A stretch of DNA of 64,000 nucleotides, taken from Acidimicrobiales bacterium (GTDB lineage: Bacteria > Actinomycetota > Acidimicrobiia > Acidimicrobiales > DASWMK01). Positions 1 to 10,696 of this stretch are shown in pieces (position 1 is the stretch's first letter; every line of letters starts with the position of its first letter). The notes under the pieces were generated by a model. That model ran no database searches. It saw only the letters and a list, made by a program, of their open reading frames with translations, and was not told the DNA's origin. Location of the stretch: positions 1,226-65,225 of the forward strand of contig DASWMK010000057.1 of assembly GCA_036399815.1 (NCBI GenBank), given 5' to 3'. The position numbers were made by a program, and so were the translations under genes.

Positions 1-732
1 CTCCGGGTGGGGGCGGCGCAGCATCGGCAGGTGGGCGGTGAAGCGGTCCCGGCGGTTGGCCGCCAGGCGCGCGGTGACCCGGCCGACGCCCGGGAAGGCG
101 GGCACGAGCAGGAGCGCGTCGGGCAGCGCGGCCCGGTAGCAGTCCTCGGCGCCGACGGGGTCGGGGAACCAGCACAGCTCCCGACCCGAGCCGCCCCGGC
201 GCCGGACCCAGCCGCCGTCCCGCCAGTCGATGGCCATGCCGCCGAGGGCCTTGTGGTGCAGGCGGGCGCACGCCGGCCCGCCGGTGCCGACCTTGGCGAC
301 GTGGATCTCGTCCACCCGCTCGACGTCGGCGGCCGCGTGCCGGGCCAGCACGCAGGTGAGGCCGGGCGAGAAGCCGGCGGCCACGACGACCGAGCGGCCC
401 CGCTCCCTCGCCTCGGGGTCGAGGTCGAGGAGCGCCTCCACGTCGGCCACGGCGTCCGACACCGACACGACCGACACGCCCCGCTCGAGCAGCGCCCTGG
501 CCTCGGCGGCGTGGTCGCCCGACGGGGTGGCCAGCACGGCGACGTCGGCCTCGACGGGCGCCGGGTAGGGCGGCTTGTCGACGACGGCCTTGGCGCCGAG
601 CGAGGCCGCCGCCGACTCCACCCGGTCGACCCGCTCGTCGCGGAGGACGACCTGGTCGACCTCGTCGGCGGACACCAGCTGGCGGGCGACCCGGGCGCCG
701 ACGGCCCCGACGCCCACGACCGCGACCCGCAT
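1..732 (-). CDS. NAD(P)-binding Rossmann-fold protein, saccharopine dehydrogenase-like (3' end lies beyond left edge)
   Basis: Absent from ORF track because it runs off the window. My translation of the minus strand from ATG 732..730 gives MRVAVVGVGAVGARVARQLVSADEVDQVVLRDE..., a GxGxxG dinucleotide-binding N-terminus. The frame stays open to position 1. Confidence 0.55.
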   Translation of the reverse strand, partial: MRVAVVGVGAVGARVARQLVSADEVDQVVLRDERVDRVESAAASLGAKAVVDKPPYPAPVEADVAVLATPSGDHAAEARALLERGVSVVSVSDAVADVEALLDLDPEARERGRSVVVAAGFSPGLTCVLARHAAADVERVDEIHVAKVGTGGPACARLHHKALGGMAIDWRDGGWVRRRGGSGRELCWFPDPVGAEDCYRAALPDALLLVPAFPGVGRVTARLAANRRDRFTAHLPMLRRPHPE

Positions 733-869
733 CAGCGCAGGTCCGGCCCGGACAGCTCCCGCCAGCCGCCCTCCTGGGGCGGCACCCCACCGGAGCCCCG
801 CAGGCGGATGGCGGCGGCGATGGCGCCGGCCGCGACCAGTGCCGTCACCGCTCGCCGGAGGGCCTTCAT
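732..869 (-). CDS. small hypothetical membrane-anchored protein (45 aa)
   Basis: Own translation: MKALRRAVTALVAAGAIAAAIRLRGSGGVPPQEGGWRELSGPDLR. Its TGA shares one base with the ATG of the downstream gene (TGATG). It is below the ORF-track size cut-off and I see no homology. Confidence 0.3.
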   Translation of the reverse strand: MKALRRAVTALVAAGAIAAAIRLRGSGGVPPQEGGWRELSGPDLR

Positions 870-900
870 GCGCCGAAGGGTACCCGCGCCGTCCCCGGCG

Positions 901-1152
901 TCAGCAGACGGCGGGGATGCGGGTGGTGAGGACGTACCGGTAGGCGGCGTCGCAGTTGCCGAAGATCACGAGGCGGATCGAGCCGTCCTCGTTGTGGACC
1001 TGGCGGCCGTCGACCGGGAGCTGCTCGGGCTTGGCCGACTGCTCGGCCGCCGCCTTGAGCGGCACCGCGCACCCGGCCACCGTGAGGACCAGGGCCGCCA
1101 GCGCCGCGGCGCCCCGCCCGGAGGTGCGTCGTCCTCCACCGCCCTCTGCCAT
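901..1152 (-). CDS. putative lipoprotein
   Basis: 83-aa ORF with a signal peptide ending in a lipobox-like LTVAGC. Confidence 0.5.
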   Translation of the reverse strand: MAEGGGGRRTSGRGAAALAALVLTVAGCAVPLKAAAEQSAKPEQLPVDGRQVHNEDGSIRLVIFGNCDAAYRYVLTTRIPAVC

Positions 1153-1384
1153 CCCCGACCTCCGCGCCGACGCCGACCGAGCCGTGGACGAACCGGGATC
1201 GGCGGTCGGTGGCGACGGTGCCGCGGACGAGTCGGTCCAGGAACGCTCGGCCCGTCCTTGCCCAGGATCCGCCGGCCGAACCGTGGTGGCACTCGGGCGA
1301 GCACGCGCCGTGAGCCCGCCGGTCGCGAGGCTCGACGGCCGGGGCGGCCGGAGCGCCGGGGCCCGCCCCCGGCGTGCGATCGGG

Positions 1385-1458
1385 TGGGGCTAGCTGGAAT
1401 CGAACCAGCGACCTCATCCTTATCAGGGATGCGCTCTAACCGACTGAGCTATAGCCCC
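1385..1458 (-). tRNA. tRNA-Ile (anticodon GAT)
   Basis: Reverse complement is GGGGCTATAGCTCAGTCGGTTAGAGCGCATCCCTGATAAGGATGAGGTCGCTGGTTCGATTCCAGCTAGCCCCA. It folds as a cloverleaf with a 7-bp acceptor stem, CTGATAA anticodon loop and TTCGATT T-loop. CCA is not encoded. A tRNA-Ile downstream of gyrA is also the mycobacterial arrangement. Confidence 0.92.
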
Positions 1459-1472
1459 GGAGGCGGTCGAGG

Positions 1473-2441
1473 CTACACGACCGGGCGGCGGGTCTCCTCC
1501 TCGATGACCGTCACCCGGATGCCGCCGACGAGGTCGCTGATGAGGTTGAACAGCACGGCCATCAGCACGTTCGTGGCGGTGCCGGCGACGACCATGACGA
1601 GGCCGACGAGGGCCGACGCCCGCAGCATCTGGTTGGGCTCGAACTGGAACGTCTCGAACCCGAACAGCTCCTCGACGAAGCTCTCGATGTTGTCCACCAG
1701 GCCGGTGGACGCGGCCGCGTTCCACAGCAGGACGGCGGCGGTGAGCACGACGAGGAACAGCACCAGGTAGAAGAGCAGCGAGAGCTTCAGCACCGACCAC
1801 GGGTCGACGTGGCGGATCTGGCGACGGACCTTGCGGGCCCGCATCTTCCGGGTGCGGCGCTTGGCCCGCCAGCCCCGGTTGAGGTTGGCCGGGGGCGAGT
1901 GCTTGCCGCGGCGGGGCAGCGGCTGGGTGTCCTCCGGCGACGCGTCCGGGTCGACGTCGGGCAGCGGGGCGGCCCGGAGGTCGACCCTCGTCTGGTCCGG
2001 GGCCATCGCCGGCGCCGCCGCCCCGGTGACGAACGGCGGCGGCATGGTGGGCGCGGTCACGTGCCCGGTCCCGTTGCCGCCGACGGCGGGAGGTGCCGGC
2101 GGGGCGGCCGTCGCCCCGGTGGCGTAGTGGCCGGCCCCGTTGCCGGTGTACGGCGGCGGGGGCGGCGGCAGGACCGACGGACGGCCGGCGTGGCCGGCGC
2201 CGTTGCCCGACATCGGCGGCGGCGGCACGACGGACGGGCCGCTCCCCATGTGACCGGCGCCGTTGGCGGCGACCGGCGGCGGGGGCGGCACGTAGGACGG
2301 CGCGGGCGCGGCGGTGAGGGGCAGGGTCGTCGCCCCTGGCGGCGGGACCGGTCCGGTCCCGGGAACGGCGGGCGCCGGCTTCGGCGGGGCGACGACCTCG
2401 TCCCAGGCGCGTTGGGGCCGAGAGCCGTCGGGCTGCATCAC
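1473..2441 (-). CDS. DUF3566-type membrane protein (Rv0007-like) with Pro-rich repeat N-terminus
   Basis: The C-terminal half (DPWSVLKLSLLFYLVLFLVVL...VGGIRVTVIEEE) matches the conserved transmembrane domain found downstream of gyrA in actinobacteria. The N-terminus is poly-Pro with four GNGxGH motifs. Confidence 0.8.
   Translation of the reverse strand: MMQPDGSRPQRAWDEVVAPPKPAPAVPGTGPVPPPGATTLPLTAAPAPSYVPPPPPVAANGAGHMGSGPSVVPPPPMSGNGAGHAGRPSVLPPPPPPYTGNGAGHYATGATAAPPAPPAVGGNGTGHVTAPTMPPPFVTGAAAPAMAPDQTRVDLRAAPLPDVDPDASPEDTQPLPRRGKHSPPANLNRGWRAKRRTRKMRARKVRRQIRHVDPWSVLKLSLLFYLVLFLVVLTAAVLLWNAAASTGLVDNIESFVEELFGFETFQFEPNQMLRASALVGLVMVVAGTATNVLMAVLFNLISDLVGGIRVTVIEEETRRPVV
2061..2268 (-). repeat. 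four degenerate ~60-66 bp coding repeats (PPPP-x-GNG[A/T]GH)
   Basis: The motif GTG[G/A/C]CCGG[C/T][G/C]CCGTTG[C/G]C starts at 2061, 2127, 2190 and 2250. On the coding strand it encodes GNGTGH, GNGAGH, GNGAGH and ANGAGH between proline runs. Confidence 0.8.
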
Positions 2442-2522
2442 AGGCAGTGTAGGTAACCAGTCGGGCGGGTCGTAGTCGCGCCCTTCCCGTCGGCCGCCCC
2501 GGCACCGGCGTGAGGCCGCCGA

Positions 2523-3194
2523 TCAGGGCCCACGGGCACCGCAGAGCTCGAAGTGGACGGGGTCCGTCGCCGGCAGCGGCTGGCACAGCCCGGCCTCGGC
2601 GGCCACCGTCAGCAACGTCGGGACGAACGACGACGGGACGTCGATGGCCAGCCCCCGCTCGTGCATCGACGTGCCCGGCCGGGCCACCGGGAACGGGTTG
2701 GTGGCTCGGTCGGCCCACAGGACCGCCTGCTCGGCCGTCGAGCGGTACCCCGAGACCACCGGCACCGGCTGCCCGAGCAGCGCGCCGGCCCGCTCCACGG
2801 CCGCCGCCATCGCCGGCACCAGGCCGCCCACGTCGCCCGCGCCGGCGCCACTGACGCCGCCCCCGCCCCGCTCCAACGCGGCCCTCGCCCTGGCCGTCGC
2901 CCCGTCGACGGTCACCTCGACCTGGGCGGCGCCCCCGTCGACCGTGAACGAGACGAGGCGACCGCCGTTGGCCGCCGCGGCGTCGGCGGCGGACGCCTCG
3001 CCCTCGGCGGCACCGGCCAGCGCGCCGGCGTCGGCGGCCGTGCGGGCCCTGGCCCTGGCGAACGTGGCCCCTCCGAGGTGGGTGAGGGCGACCGCCGCCA
3101 CCCCGGCCAGGAGGACGACGACGGCGAGCAGGGGCGTCGCCTGCCCCCGGTCGTGAGGAACGGGGGGACGACGGAGATCGGATCCGGGCGGCAC
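2523..3194 (-). CDS. TadE-like (Rv3654c-type) N-terminal domain fused to VanY/M15B D-Ala-D-Ala carboxypeptidase-like domain
   Basis: N-terminus: one TM segment followed by ARARARTAADAGALAGAA...ANGGRLVSFTVDGGAAQVEVTV, typical of TadE-like pseudopilin-type proteins. C-terminus: SGYRSTAEQAVLW ... PGTSMHERGLAIDV ... DPVHFE, the M15 zinc-peptidase motifs. Confidence 0.7.
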   Translation of the reverse strand: MPPGSDLRRPPVPHDRGQATPLLAVVVLLAGVAAVALTHLGGATFARARARTAADAGALAGAAEGEASAADAAAANGGRLVSFTVDGGAAQVEVTVDGATARARAALERGGGGVSGAGAGDVGGLVPAMAAAVERAGALLGQPVPVVSGYRSTAEQAVLWADRATNPFPVARPGTSMHERGLAIDVPSSFVPTLLTVAAEAGLCQPLPATDPVHFELCGARGP

Positions 3195-3223
3195 GGGCCA
3201 CCTCCAGGGCGCGACAGGGTCGA

Positions 3224-3306
3224 GGCGTCGGGGGAAGTGGCGCTGGGCTGCCGCGGCGTCGGGCGCGGCGGACGTCAGCCCGTCGTGGCGTCGGGGGAAG
3301 TGGCGC
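3224..3306. repeat. two identical 20-bp direct repeats GGCGTCGGGGGAAGTGGCGC (3224..3243 and 3287..3306)
   Basis: Read directly. Start-to-start spacing is 63 bp, with partial copies at about 3255 and 3307. The repeats lie between the gyrA stop and the start of the TadE-like/M15 gene. Confidence 0.85.
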
Positions 3307-3340
3307 CGGGGGAAGCGACGTGGGTGGCGGCGGGAGGCCG

Positions 3341-3359
3341 CCGGAGGTCAGGCCTCCGG
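3341..3359 (-). terminator. GC hairpin CCGGAGG-tcagg-CCTCCGG with the gyrA stop codon in its loop
   Basis: A 7-bp perfect stem was seen. There is no U-tract, so terminator function is uncertain. Confidence 0.3.
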
Positions 3360-5828
3360 GTCGTCGGCGCCGAGCACGGGGGCGGCGGCGGCCACGGCCT
3401 GGCCGCGATCGAGGTTCATCACCCGGACGCCGGTGGCGTCGCGGCCCTGGGAGCTGATCTCCCTGACCGGGATGCGGATGACCACGCCGGCCCCGCCGAT
3501 CAGCAGGATCTCGTCGTCCAGGCCGGCGAGGAAGGCGGCGACGACCCGACCCCGGGCACGCGTCAGTCGCATGCCGATCACGCCCATCCCGCCCCTGCCC
3601 TTGCGGGGGTAGTGGACGAGCTTGGTGCGCTTCCCGTAGCCGGCATCCGTGACGATGATCAGGTCGGCGTCGTCCCTGGCCACGTCGCAGGACACGACCT
3701 CGTCGCCGGCCCGCAGCTTCATGCCGATCACGCCGCCGGCGGCCCGGCCCATGGGCCGCACTTCGTCGCCGGCGAAGCGGATCGTCTGGCCGTCGGCGCT
3801 GACCATGAACACGTCGTCGCCCTCGTTGGCCGGGATCACCCGCACGAGCTCGTCGCCGTCGCGGAGGTTGATGGCGATGAGCCCCGCCCGCAGGGACGAG
3901 TCGTACTCGGTGAACCGGGTCTTCTTCACCTGCCCGTTCTTCGTCGCGAAGAACAGGAAGTGGTGGGACTCGTAGTCGCGGGTGTCGATGATGGCCTGCA
4001 CGGTCTCACCCGGCGCCAGCGGCAGCAGGTTGACGATGGCCGTGCCCCTGGCCGTGCGGTCCTTCATCGGGATCTCGTGGGCCCGCAGCCGGTACACCTT
4101 GCCGCGGTTCGAGAAGAACAGCAGGTAGGCGTGGGCGCTCGTGTGGATGATGTGGACGACGTAGTCCTCGTCCCGCAGGCGGGTGCCGGCCACGCCCCGC
4201 CCGCCCCTCGCCTGGGTGCGGAAGGCGTCGGCCGGGACCGTCTTCACGTAGCCCTTGGCGCTCATGGTGACGACGAGCTCCTCGTCGTCGATGAGGTCGA
4301 GGTTGTCGAGGTCGCCGGGGTCGAAGGTGATCTCGGCCTTGCGGGGCGTGGCGAAGTCGGCGCGGATGCGGCCCAGCTCGTCCTTGATGACCCCCCGCAG
4401 CTTGCCCTCGTCCTCGAGGATCGAGCGCAGCTCGGCGATGCGGGCCCGCAGGGTCTCGGCCTCGCCCTCGAGGTCCGAGCGACCCAGCCGGGTGAGGCGG
4501 CTGAGGGTCATGTCCAGGATGTGCTCGGCCTGCACGTCGGTGAACGAGAACGGCTCCGCCGTGAGCGCGGCGCGGGCGGCGGCCCGGTCGTCCGACGCCC
4601 GGATGGCGGCGATGATCGCGTCGATCAGGTCGAGCGCCTTGAGCAGGCCCTCGACGATGTGGAGCCGGCGCTCGTCCTTGTCCAGGCGGAAGCGGGTCCG
4701 CCGGGTGACGACCTCGATCTGGTGGGCGATGTAGGCGCTCAGCAACTGGGCGAGGTTGAGGGTGCGGGGCACGCCGTCGACCAGCGCCACCATGTTCACG
4801 CCGAAGCTCGTCTGGAGCGGCGTGTGCTTCCAGAGGTTGTTGAGCACGACGTTGGCGTTGGCGTCCCGCTTGAGCTTGATGACGAGCTTGGTGTCGTTGC
4901 CGGACGACTCGTCGTTCAGCTCGGCGATCCCCTCGAGCTCGCGGCTCGTCACCAGCTCGGCGATGCGGGCGAGGATGGCGTTGGGCGACGCCTGGTAGGG
5001 CAGCTCGGTGACGACGATCCACGTCGTCCCCCGCCGGTCCTCCCGGATCTCGGCCCTCGCCCGGATCTTGATCGAGCCCCGGCCCGTCCGGTAGGCGTCG
5101 AGGATCCCCGAGCGGCCGAGGATCAGCGCGCCGGTCGGGAAGTCCGGCCCCTTCACGAACTGCATGAGGTCATCCGGCGTGGCGTCCGGGTGGTCGATCA
5201 GGTGGACGGTGGCGTCGATCGCTTCGCCCAGGTTGTGGGGCGGGATGTTCGTCGCCATGCCGACGGCGATGCCCTGGCTGCCGTTGACGAGCAGGTTCGG
5301 GAAGCGGGCGGGCAGCACCTTGGGCTCGGTGAACTCGCCCGAGTAGTTGTCCTGGAAGTCGACGGTGTCCTCGTCGATCCCGTCGAGCATGTGGTTGGCC
5401 AGGGTGGCCAGCCGGCACTCGGTGTAGCGCTGGGCGGCGGGCGGGTGGTCGGGCGAGCCGAAGTTGCCCTGCCCGTCGATGAGCGGGTGGCGGAGGCTGA
5501 AGTCCTGCGCCATGCGGACGAGCGCGTCGTAGATCGCCCCCTCGCCGTGGGGGTGCAGCTTCCCCATCACGTCGCCGGTGACCCTGGCGCACTTCAGCCG
5601 GGGCCGGTCGGGGCGGGCGCCGAGGTCGTGCATACCGTAGAGGATCCGGCGGTGGACCGGCTTGAGCCCGTCGCGCGCGTCCGGCAGGGCGCGGCTGACG
5701 ATGACGGACATGGCGTAGTCCAGGAAGGACCGCTCCATCTCCTCCTGGATCTCGATGGCCTCGAAGGAGCCGAACGTCGTGGAGGTGCCGTCGCCGTCGT
5801 CGGGCGGGAGGTTCGTCGTGTCGCTCAT
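3348..5828 (-). CDS. gyrA: DNA gyrase subunit A
   Basis: 826 aa. Contains YAMSVIVSRALPDARDGLKPVHRRILY and the active-site region AAQRYTECRL, plus C-terminal beta-pinwheel repeats. No intein. Confidence 0.97.
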   Translation of the reverse strand: MSDTTNLPPDDGDGTSTTFGSFEAIEIQEEMERSFLDYAMSVIVSRALPDARDGLKPVHRRILYGMHDLGARPDRPRLKCARVTGDVMGKLHPHGEGAIYDALVRMAQDFSLRHPLIDGQGNFGSPDHPPAAQRYTECRLATLANHMLDGIDEDTVDFQDNYSGEFTEPKVLPARFPNLLVNGSQGIAVGMATNIPPHNLGEAIDATVHLIDHPDATPDDLMQFVKGPDFPTGALILGRSGILDAYRTGRGSIKIRARAEIREDRRGTTWIVVTELPYQASPNAILARIAELVTSRELEGIAELNDESSGNDTKLVIKLKRDANANVVLNNLWKHTPLQTSFGVNMVALVDGVPRTLNLAQLLSAYIAHQIEVVTRRTRFRLDKDERRLHIVEGLLKALDLIDAIIAAIRASDDRAAARAALTAEPFSFTDVQAEHILDMTLSRLTRLGRSDLEGEAETLRARIAELRSILEDEGKLRGVIKDELGRIRADFATPRKAEITFDPGDLDNLDLIDDEELVVTMSAKGYVKTVPADAFRTQARGGRGVAGTRLRDEDYVVHIIHTSAHAYLLFFSNRGKVYRLRAHEIPMKDRTARGTAIVNLLPLAPGETVQAIIDTRDYESHHFLFFATKNGQVKKTRFTEYDSSLRAGLIAINLRDGDELVRVIPANEGDDVFMVSADGQTIRFAGDEVRPMGRAAGGVIGMKLRAGDEVVSCDVARDDADLIIVTDAGYGKRTKLVHYPRKGRGGMGVIGMRLTRARGRVVAAFLAGLDDEILLIGGAGVVIRIPVREISSQGRDATGVRVMNLDRGQAVAAAAPVLGADDPEA

Positions 5829-5832
5829 CGTC

Positions 5833-7836
<2,004 letters not shown>

Positions 7837-7879
7837 TCACGATGGTTGACAGTTTACCAGCGGGGTGTGACAGCCAGGC

Positions 7880-8221
7880 TCACCGTCGCTCCGGCGGGCG
7901 CACGCGGACCTCGATCCTGGTGACCACGCCCTCCCCCGCCACGTCGGCGACGCGGCGCAGCAGGTCGGCCTGCAGGTAGCGCAGCTGGGTGGCCCAGCCC
8001 GGCTCGTCGACGGCGACGAGGAGCCGGCCGTCGTGGATCGACACGGGGCTGGCGTGGGCGGCCACCTGCTCGCCGACGAGCTCCTCCCAGCGCCCGAACA
8101 CGGCCACCACGGCGCGGGCCCCCGGCAGCCCCAGGTCGCCGAGCGCCCGGTCCAGCCCCTCGCCGAGCGGGACGAGCGGGCGGCCGCCCTCGTCGTCGGT
8201 GCGCTCCCAGCCGGCGCCCAT
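7880..8221 (-). CDS. dciA: DUF721 / DciA-like protein (Rv0004-like)
   Basis: 113 aa between recF and gyrB, the conserved actinobacterial position. C-terminus reads LLVAVDEPGWATQLRYLQADLLRRV. Its ATG abuts the recF stop. Confidence 0.8.
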   Translation of the reverse strand: MGAGWERTDDEGGRPLVPLGEGLDRALGDLGLPGARAVVAVFGRWEELVGEQVAAHASPVSIHDGRLLVAVDEPGWATQLRYLQADLLRRVADVAGEGVVTRIEVRVRPPERR

Positions 8222-9325
8222 CTACGCCGCCGCCACCCGCCCGCCGGCGACGCGCAGCACCAGCTCGGGATGGGCGTCGGCGGGCAGCGGGCCGGCCGTC
8301 GTCAGCACCGCCTGGCCGGCCGGGAGGTGGGCGAGCAGGGCCGCGCTGCGGTCGGGGTCGAGCTCGGAGAACACGTCGTCGAGGAGGAGCACGGGTGGCG
8401 TGCCGACGGCGTCGGTGACGACCGCGTGCGCGGCGAGACGCAGGGCGAGGGCCAGCGACCGCTGCTCGCCCTGGGACGCGTGGGTGCGGGCCGGGAGCCC
8501 GCCGAGGCGCACGACCAGCTCGTCGCGGTGCGGGCCGACCAGGCTCACCCCCCGCCGCACCTCCTCGGTCCGGGCCGCGGCGAGCGCCGGCGCCAGCCCC
8601 TCGGCCATCCACGGCGCGTCGTAGGCGACCTGCACGTCGGCCGACGTCGACGCCACCTGGTCGTAGGCCTTGCCGAGCTCGGGCTCCAGCCGGGCGACCA
8701 GGCCGGCCCGTCCCCTGGCCAGGGCCTCGCCGTGCTCGACCAGCTTGGCGTCCCACACGTCGAGGGTGGCGGCCACCCCGTCCGACAGGCGGCCGCCGGC
8801 CTGGCGGAGGAGCGCGTTGCGCTGGCGCAGCACCCGCTCCACGTCGGCGCGCACGGCGTCGTACCGGGCGGCCAGGGCGACGAGCGTGTCGTCGAGGAAC
8901 CGCCGGCGCTCGGCCGGGCCGCCCTTCACCAGCGTGAGGTCGTCCGGGGAGAACACCGTCACCCGCAGCGCGCCGAGCAGGTCCCTCGCCCGGCCCAGCC
9001 GCTGGCGGTTCACCTGCACCCTCGTGCGCACGCCCCGCCGGTCCGCGCCGGTCCCCCGCCCGGCCAGCTCGGCCTCGATGAGCAGCCGGCGGTCCGCCCG
9101 CTCGGCCTCGGCCCTGACCACCGCCCGCTCGGCGCCGACGCGGACCAAGGCCTCGACCGGTGCGCCCCGGAACGACGACAGCGAGGCCAGGAACCCGACC
9201 GCCTCGAGCAGGTTCGACTTGCCCTCGCCGTTGCCGCCGACGACGGCGGTGAGCCCGGGCGCGAGGGGCACGTCGGCCTCGGCGTAGTTCCTGAAGTCCG
9301 TCAGCCAGAGCCGGCCGAGGTGCAC
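8222..9325 (-). CDS. recF: DNA replication and repair protein RecF
   Basis: 367 aa. Walker A GGNGEGKSNLLEAV, signature SQGEQRSLALALRLA and LLLDDVFSELD. Confidence 0.95.
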   Translation of the reverse strand: MHLGRLWLTDFRNYAEADVPLAPGLTAVVGGNGEGKSNLLEAVGFLASLSSFRGAPVEALVRVGAERAVVRAEAERADRRLLIEAELAGRGTGADRRGVRTRVQVNRQRLGRARDLLGALRVTVFSPDDLTLVKGGPAERRRFLDDTLVALAARYDAVRADVERVLRQRNALLRQAGGRLSDGVAATLDVWDAKLVEHGEALARGRAGLVARLEPELGKAYDQVASTSADVQVAYDAPWMAEGLAPALAAARTEEVRRGVSLVGPHRDELVVRLGGLPARTHASQGEQRSLALALRLAAHAVVTDAVGTPPVLLLDDVFSELDPDRSAALLAHLPAGQAVLTTAGPLPADAHPELVLRVAGGRVAAA

Positions 9326-9355
9326 GGTGGCGTCACCAGGGGGCGGTCGCCCCCG

Positions 9356-10450
9356 TCACGACACCCGCACGGGCATGAGCAGGTAGAGGAACCCCTTGCG
9401 CTCCACCGAGCGGACCAGCGCCGGCTTGTGGGCGTCGACCGTCTCGAGGGTGATCTCGTCGCCGGGCGCCGCCTCCACCCCGTCGAGCAGGTACTCGGGG
9501 TTGAACGCCACCGTGAGCTCGGCCCCCTCGTACTTGGCGTCGAGCTCCTCGCGGGCCTCGCCGACGTCCTGGGCGACGGCCAGCAGCTCGAGCCCGTCGG
9601 GCCGCATGGCGAGGCGCACCGGGGTCGTGTCCCTGGCCATGAGCTTCACCCGGCGGACGGCGTCGAGCAGCGGCTCCCGACCCACCGTGAGGCGGTTCGG
9701 GTGGCTCGTCGGGATGAGGCCCCGGTAGTTCGGGAACTCGCCCTCGATCAGCCGGGTGGTGAGGCGGACGGTGCCGACGTCGAACGACGCGTCCCGCTCC
9801 CCCAGCCGCAGGGTGACCTCCTTCGGCCCCGTCAGCACCCTGGCCAGCTCGGTCAGGGCCCGCGACGGCACGAGCACGCTCTGGCCCTCCCGGAGGACGG
9901 CGACGCCCTCCAGGTCGCGCACGGCCAGCCGATAGGAGTCGGTGGCCACCAGGCGCAGCCCGTCCTCCTCGGCCGAGAGCAGCACCCCGGTGAGGATCGG
10001 GCGCGAGTCGTCGGCGCTGGCCGCCGGGACGACCTGGCGGAGCGCGGCGGCGAACTCGTCGGAGTGCAGGGTGACCGCGTCGCCGACCGGCTCGCTCACC
10101 CGGGGGAACTCGTCGGCGGGCAGCAGCCGGACGGAGAACTGCGACCGTCCGGCCGTGATCCTCGCCTCGTCGTCGTCGGCGTCCACGTGCACGGCGCCGG
10201 CGTCGAGGGCTCGCACGATCTCCGACGCCAGGCGGGACGGGATCACGGCCACCCCGTCCGCCTCACCCGACACCGGCGCGGTCACCGAGATCGTGAGGTC
10301 GAGGTCGCTCCCGGTCAGCCGCAGGGTGTCGCCGTTCAGCTCGGCCCGCACCCCGGAGAGCACGGGGAGCGCGCCGCCCCGGCTGGCGACCGCACGCCCC
10401 GCGGTGCCGAGCGCGTCGGCGAGGACGTCACGCTCGCATCGGAACCTCAC
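9356..10450 (-). CDS. dnaN: DNA polymerase III beta sliding clamp
   Basis: 364 aa with three-domain clamp pattern, positioned between dnaA and recF. GTG start preceded by AAAGGAGAGGG. Confidence 0.95.
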   Translation of the reverse strand: MRFRCERDVLADALGTAGRAVASRGGALPVLSGVRAELNGDTLRLTGSDLDLTISVTAPVSGEADGVAVIPSRLASEIVRALDAGAVHVDADDDEARITAGRSQFSVRLLPADEFPRVSEPVGDAVTLHSDEFAAALRQVVPAASADDSRPILTGVLLSAEEDGLRLVATDSYRLAVRDLEGVAVLREGQSVLVPSRALTELARVLTGPKEVTLRLGERDASFDVGTVRLTTRLIEGEFPNYRGLIPTSHPNRLTVGREPLLDAVRRVKLMARDTTPVRLAMRPDGLELLAVAQDVGEAREELDAKYEGAELTVAFNPEYLLDGVEAAPGDEITLETVDAHKPALVRSVERKGFLYLLMPVRVS

Positions 10451-10696
10451 TGGCCCTCTCCTTTGCTCTTCTCTCTAGATAGAACCGGTGCCGGTAGTAG
10501 GGGCTGTGGATTGTGGACGGCGGCCTCGCGGTGCAGGTCAGGCCGGCAACCGGAGCGCGCGTGCTGTCCCCAGGCTCCCACAGCGGGACGCCGGGGACGG
10601 TGACGGCGGGCGGCCGCGCGGTGGACGCGGCCCCGTCCGTCCCCCGCGACGGGCCGTCGGCCCACAGCCCTGTCCACCGTCGTTCCCCCGCCCGCC
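10451..10696. other. candidate oriC core (dnaA-dnaN spacer)
   Basis: This is the position of oriC in actinobacteria. The spacer is only 246 bp. It contains DnaA-box-like 9-mers TGTGGATTG (10505..10513), TGTGGACGG (10512..10520) and CTGTCCACC (10670..10678), plus a less GC-rich stretch at 10461..10485 that also carries the dnaN RBS. Confidence 0.45.

Noticed and set aside
7-1770. 587-aa plus-strand ORF spanning the first genes and tRNA-Ile. Similar giant ORFs occur at 2553..5873, 8033..10603, 24390..27422, 35273..37792, 53600..56863, 58789..61734 and 61611..63974.
   Set aside because: - Their translations are Arg/Gly/Pro/Ala/His-rich with no motifs.
- They lie antisense to, or out of frame with, strongly conserved genes (gyrA, recF/dnaN, ponA, amtB and others).
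- This is the expected stop-codon scarcity of a very GC-rich genome.
7846-7851. Canonical -35-like TTGACA in the gyrB upstream region.
   Set aside because: It is on the plus strand and points away from gyrB, which is on the minus strand. No plus-strand gene follows it.
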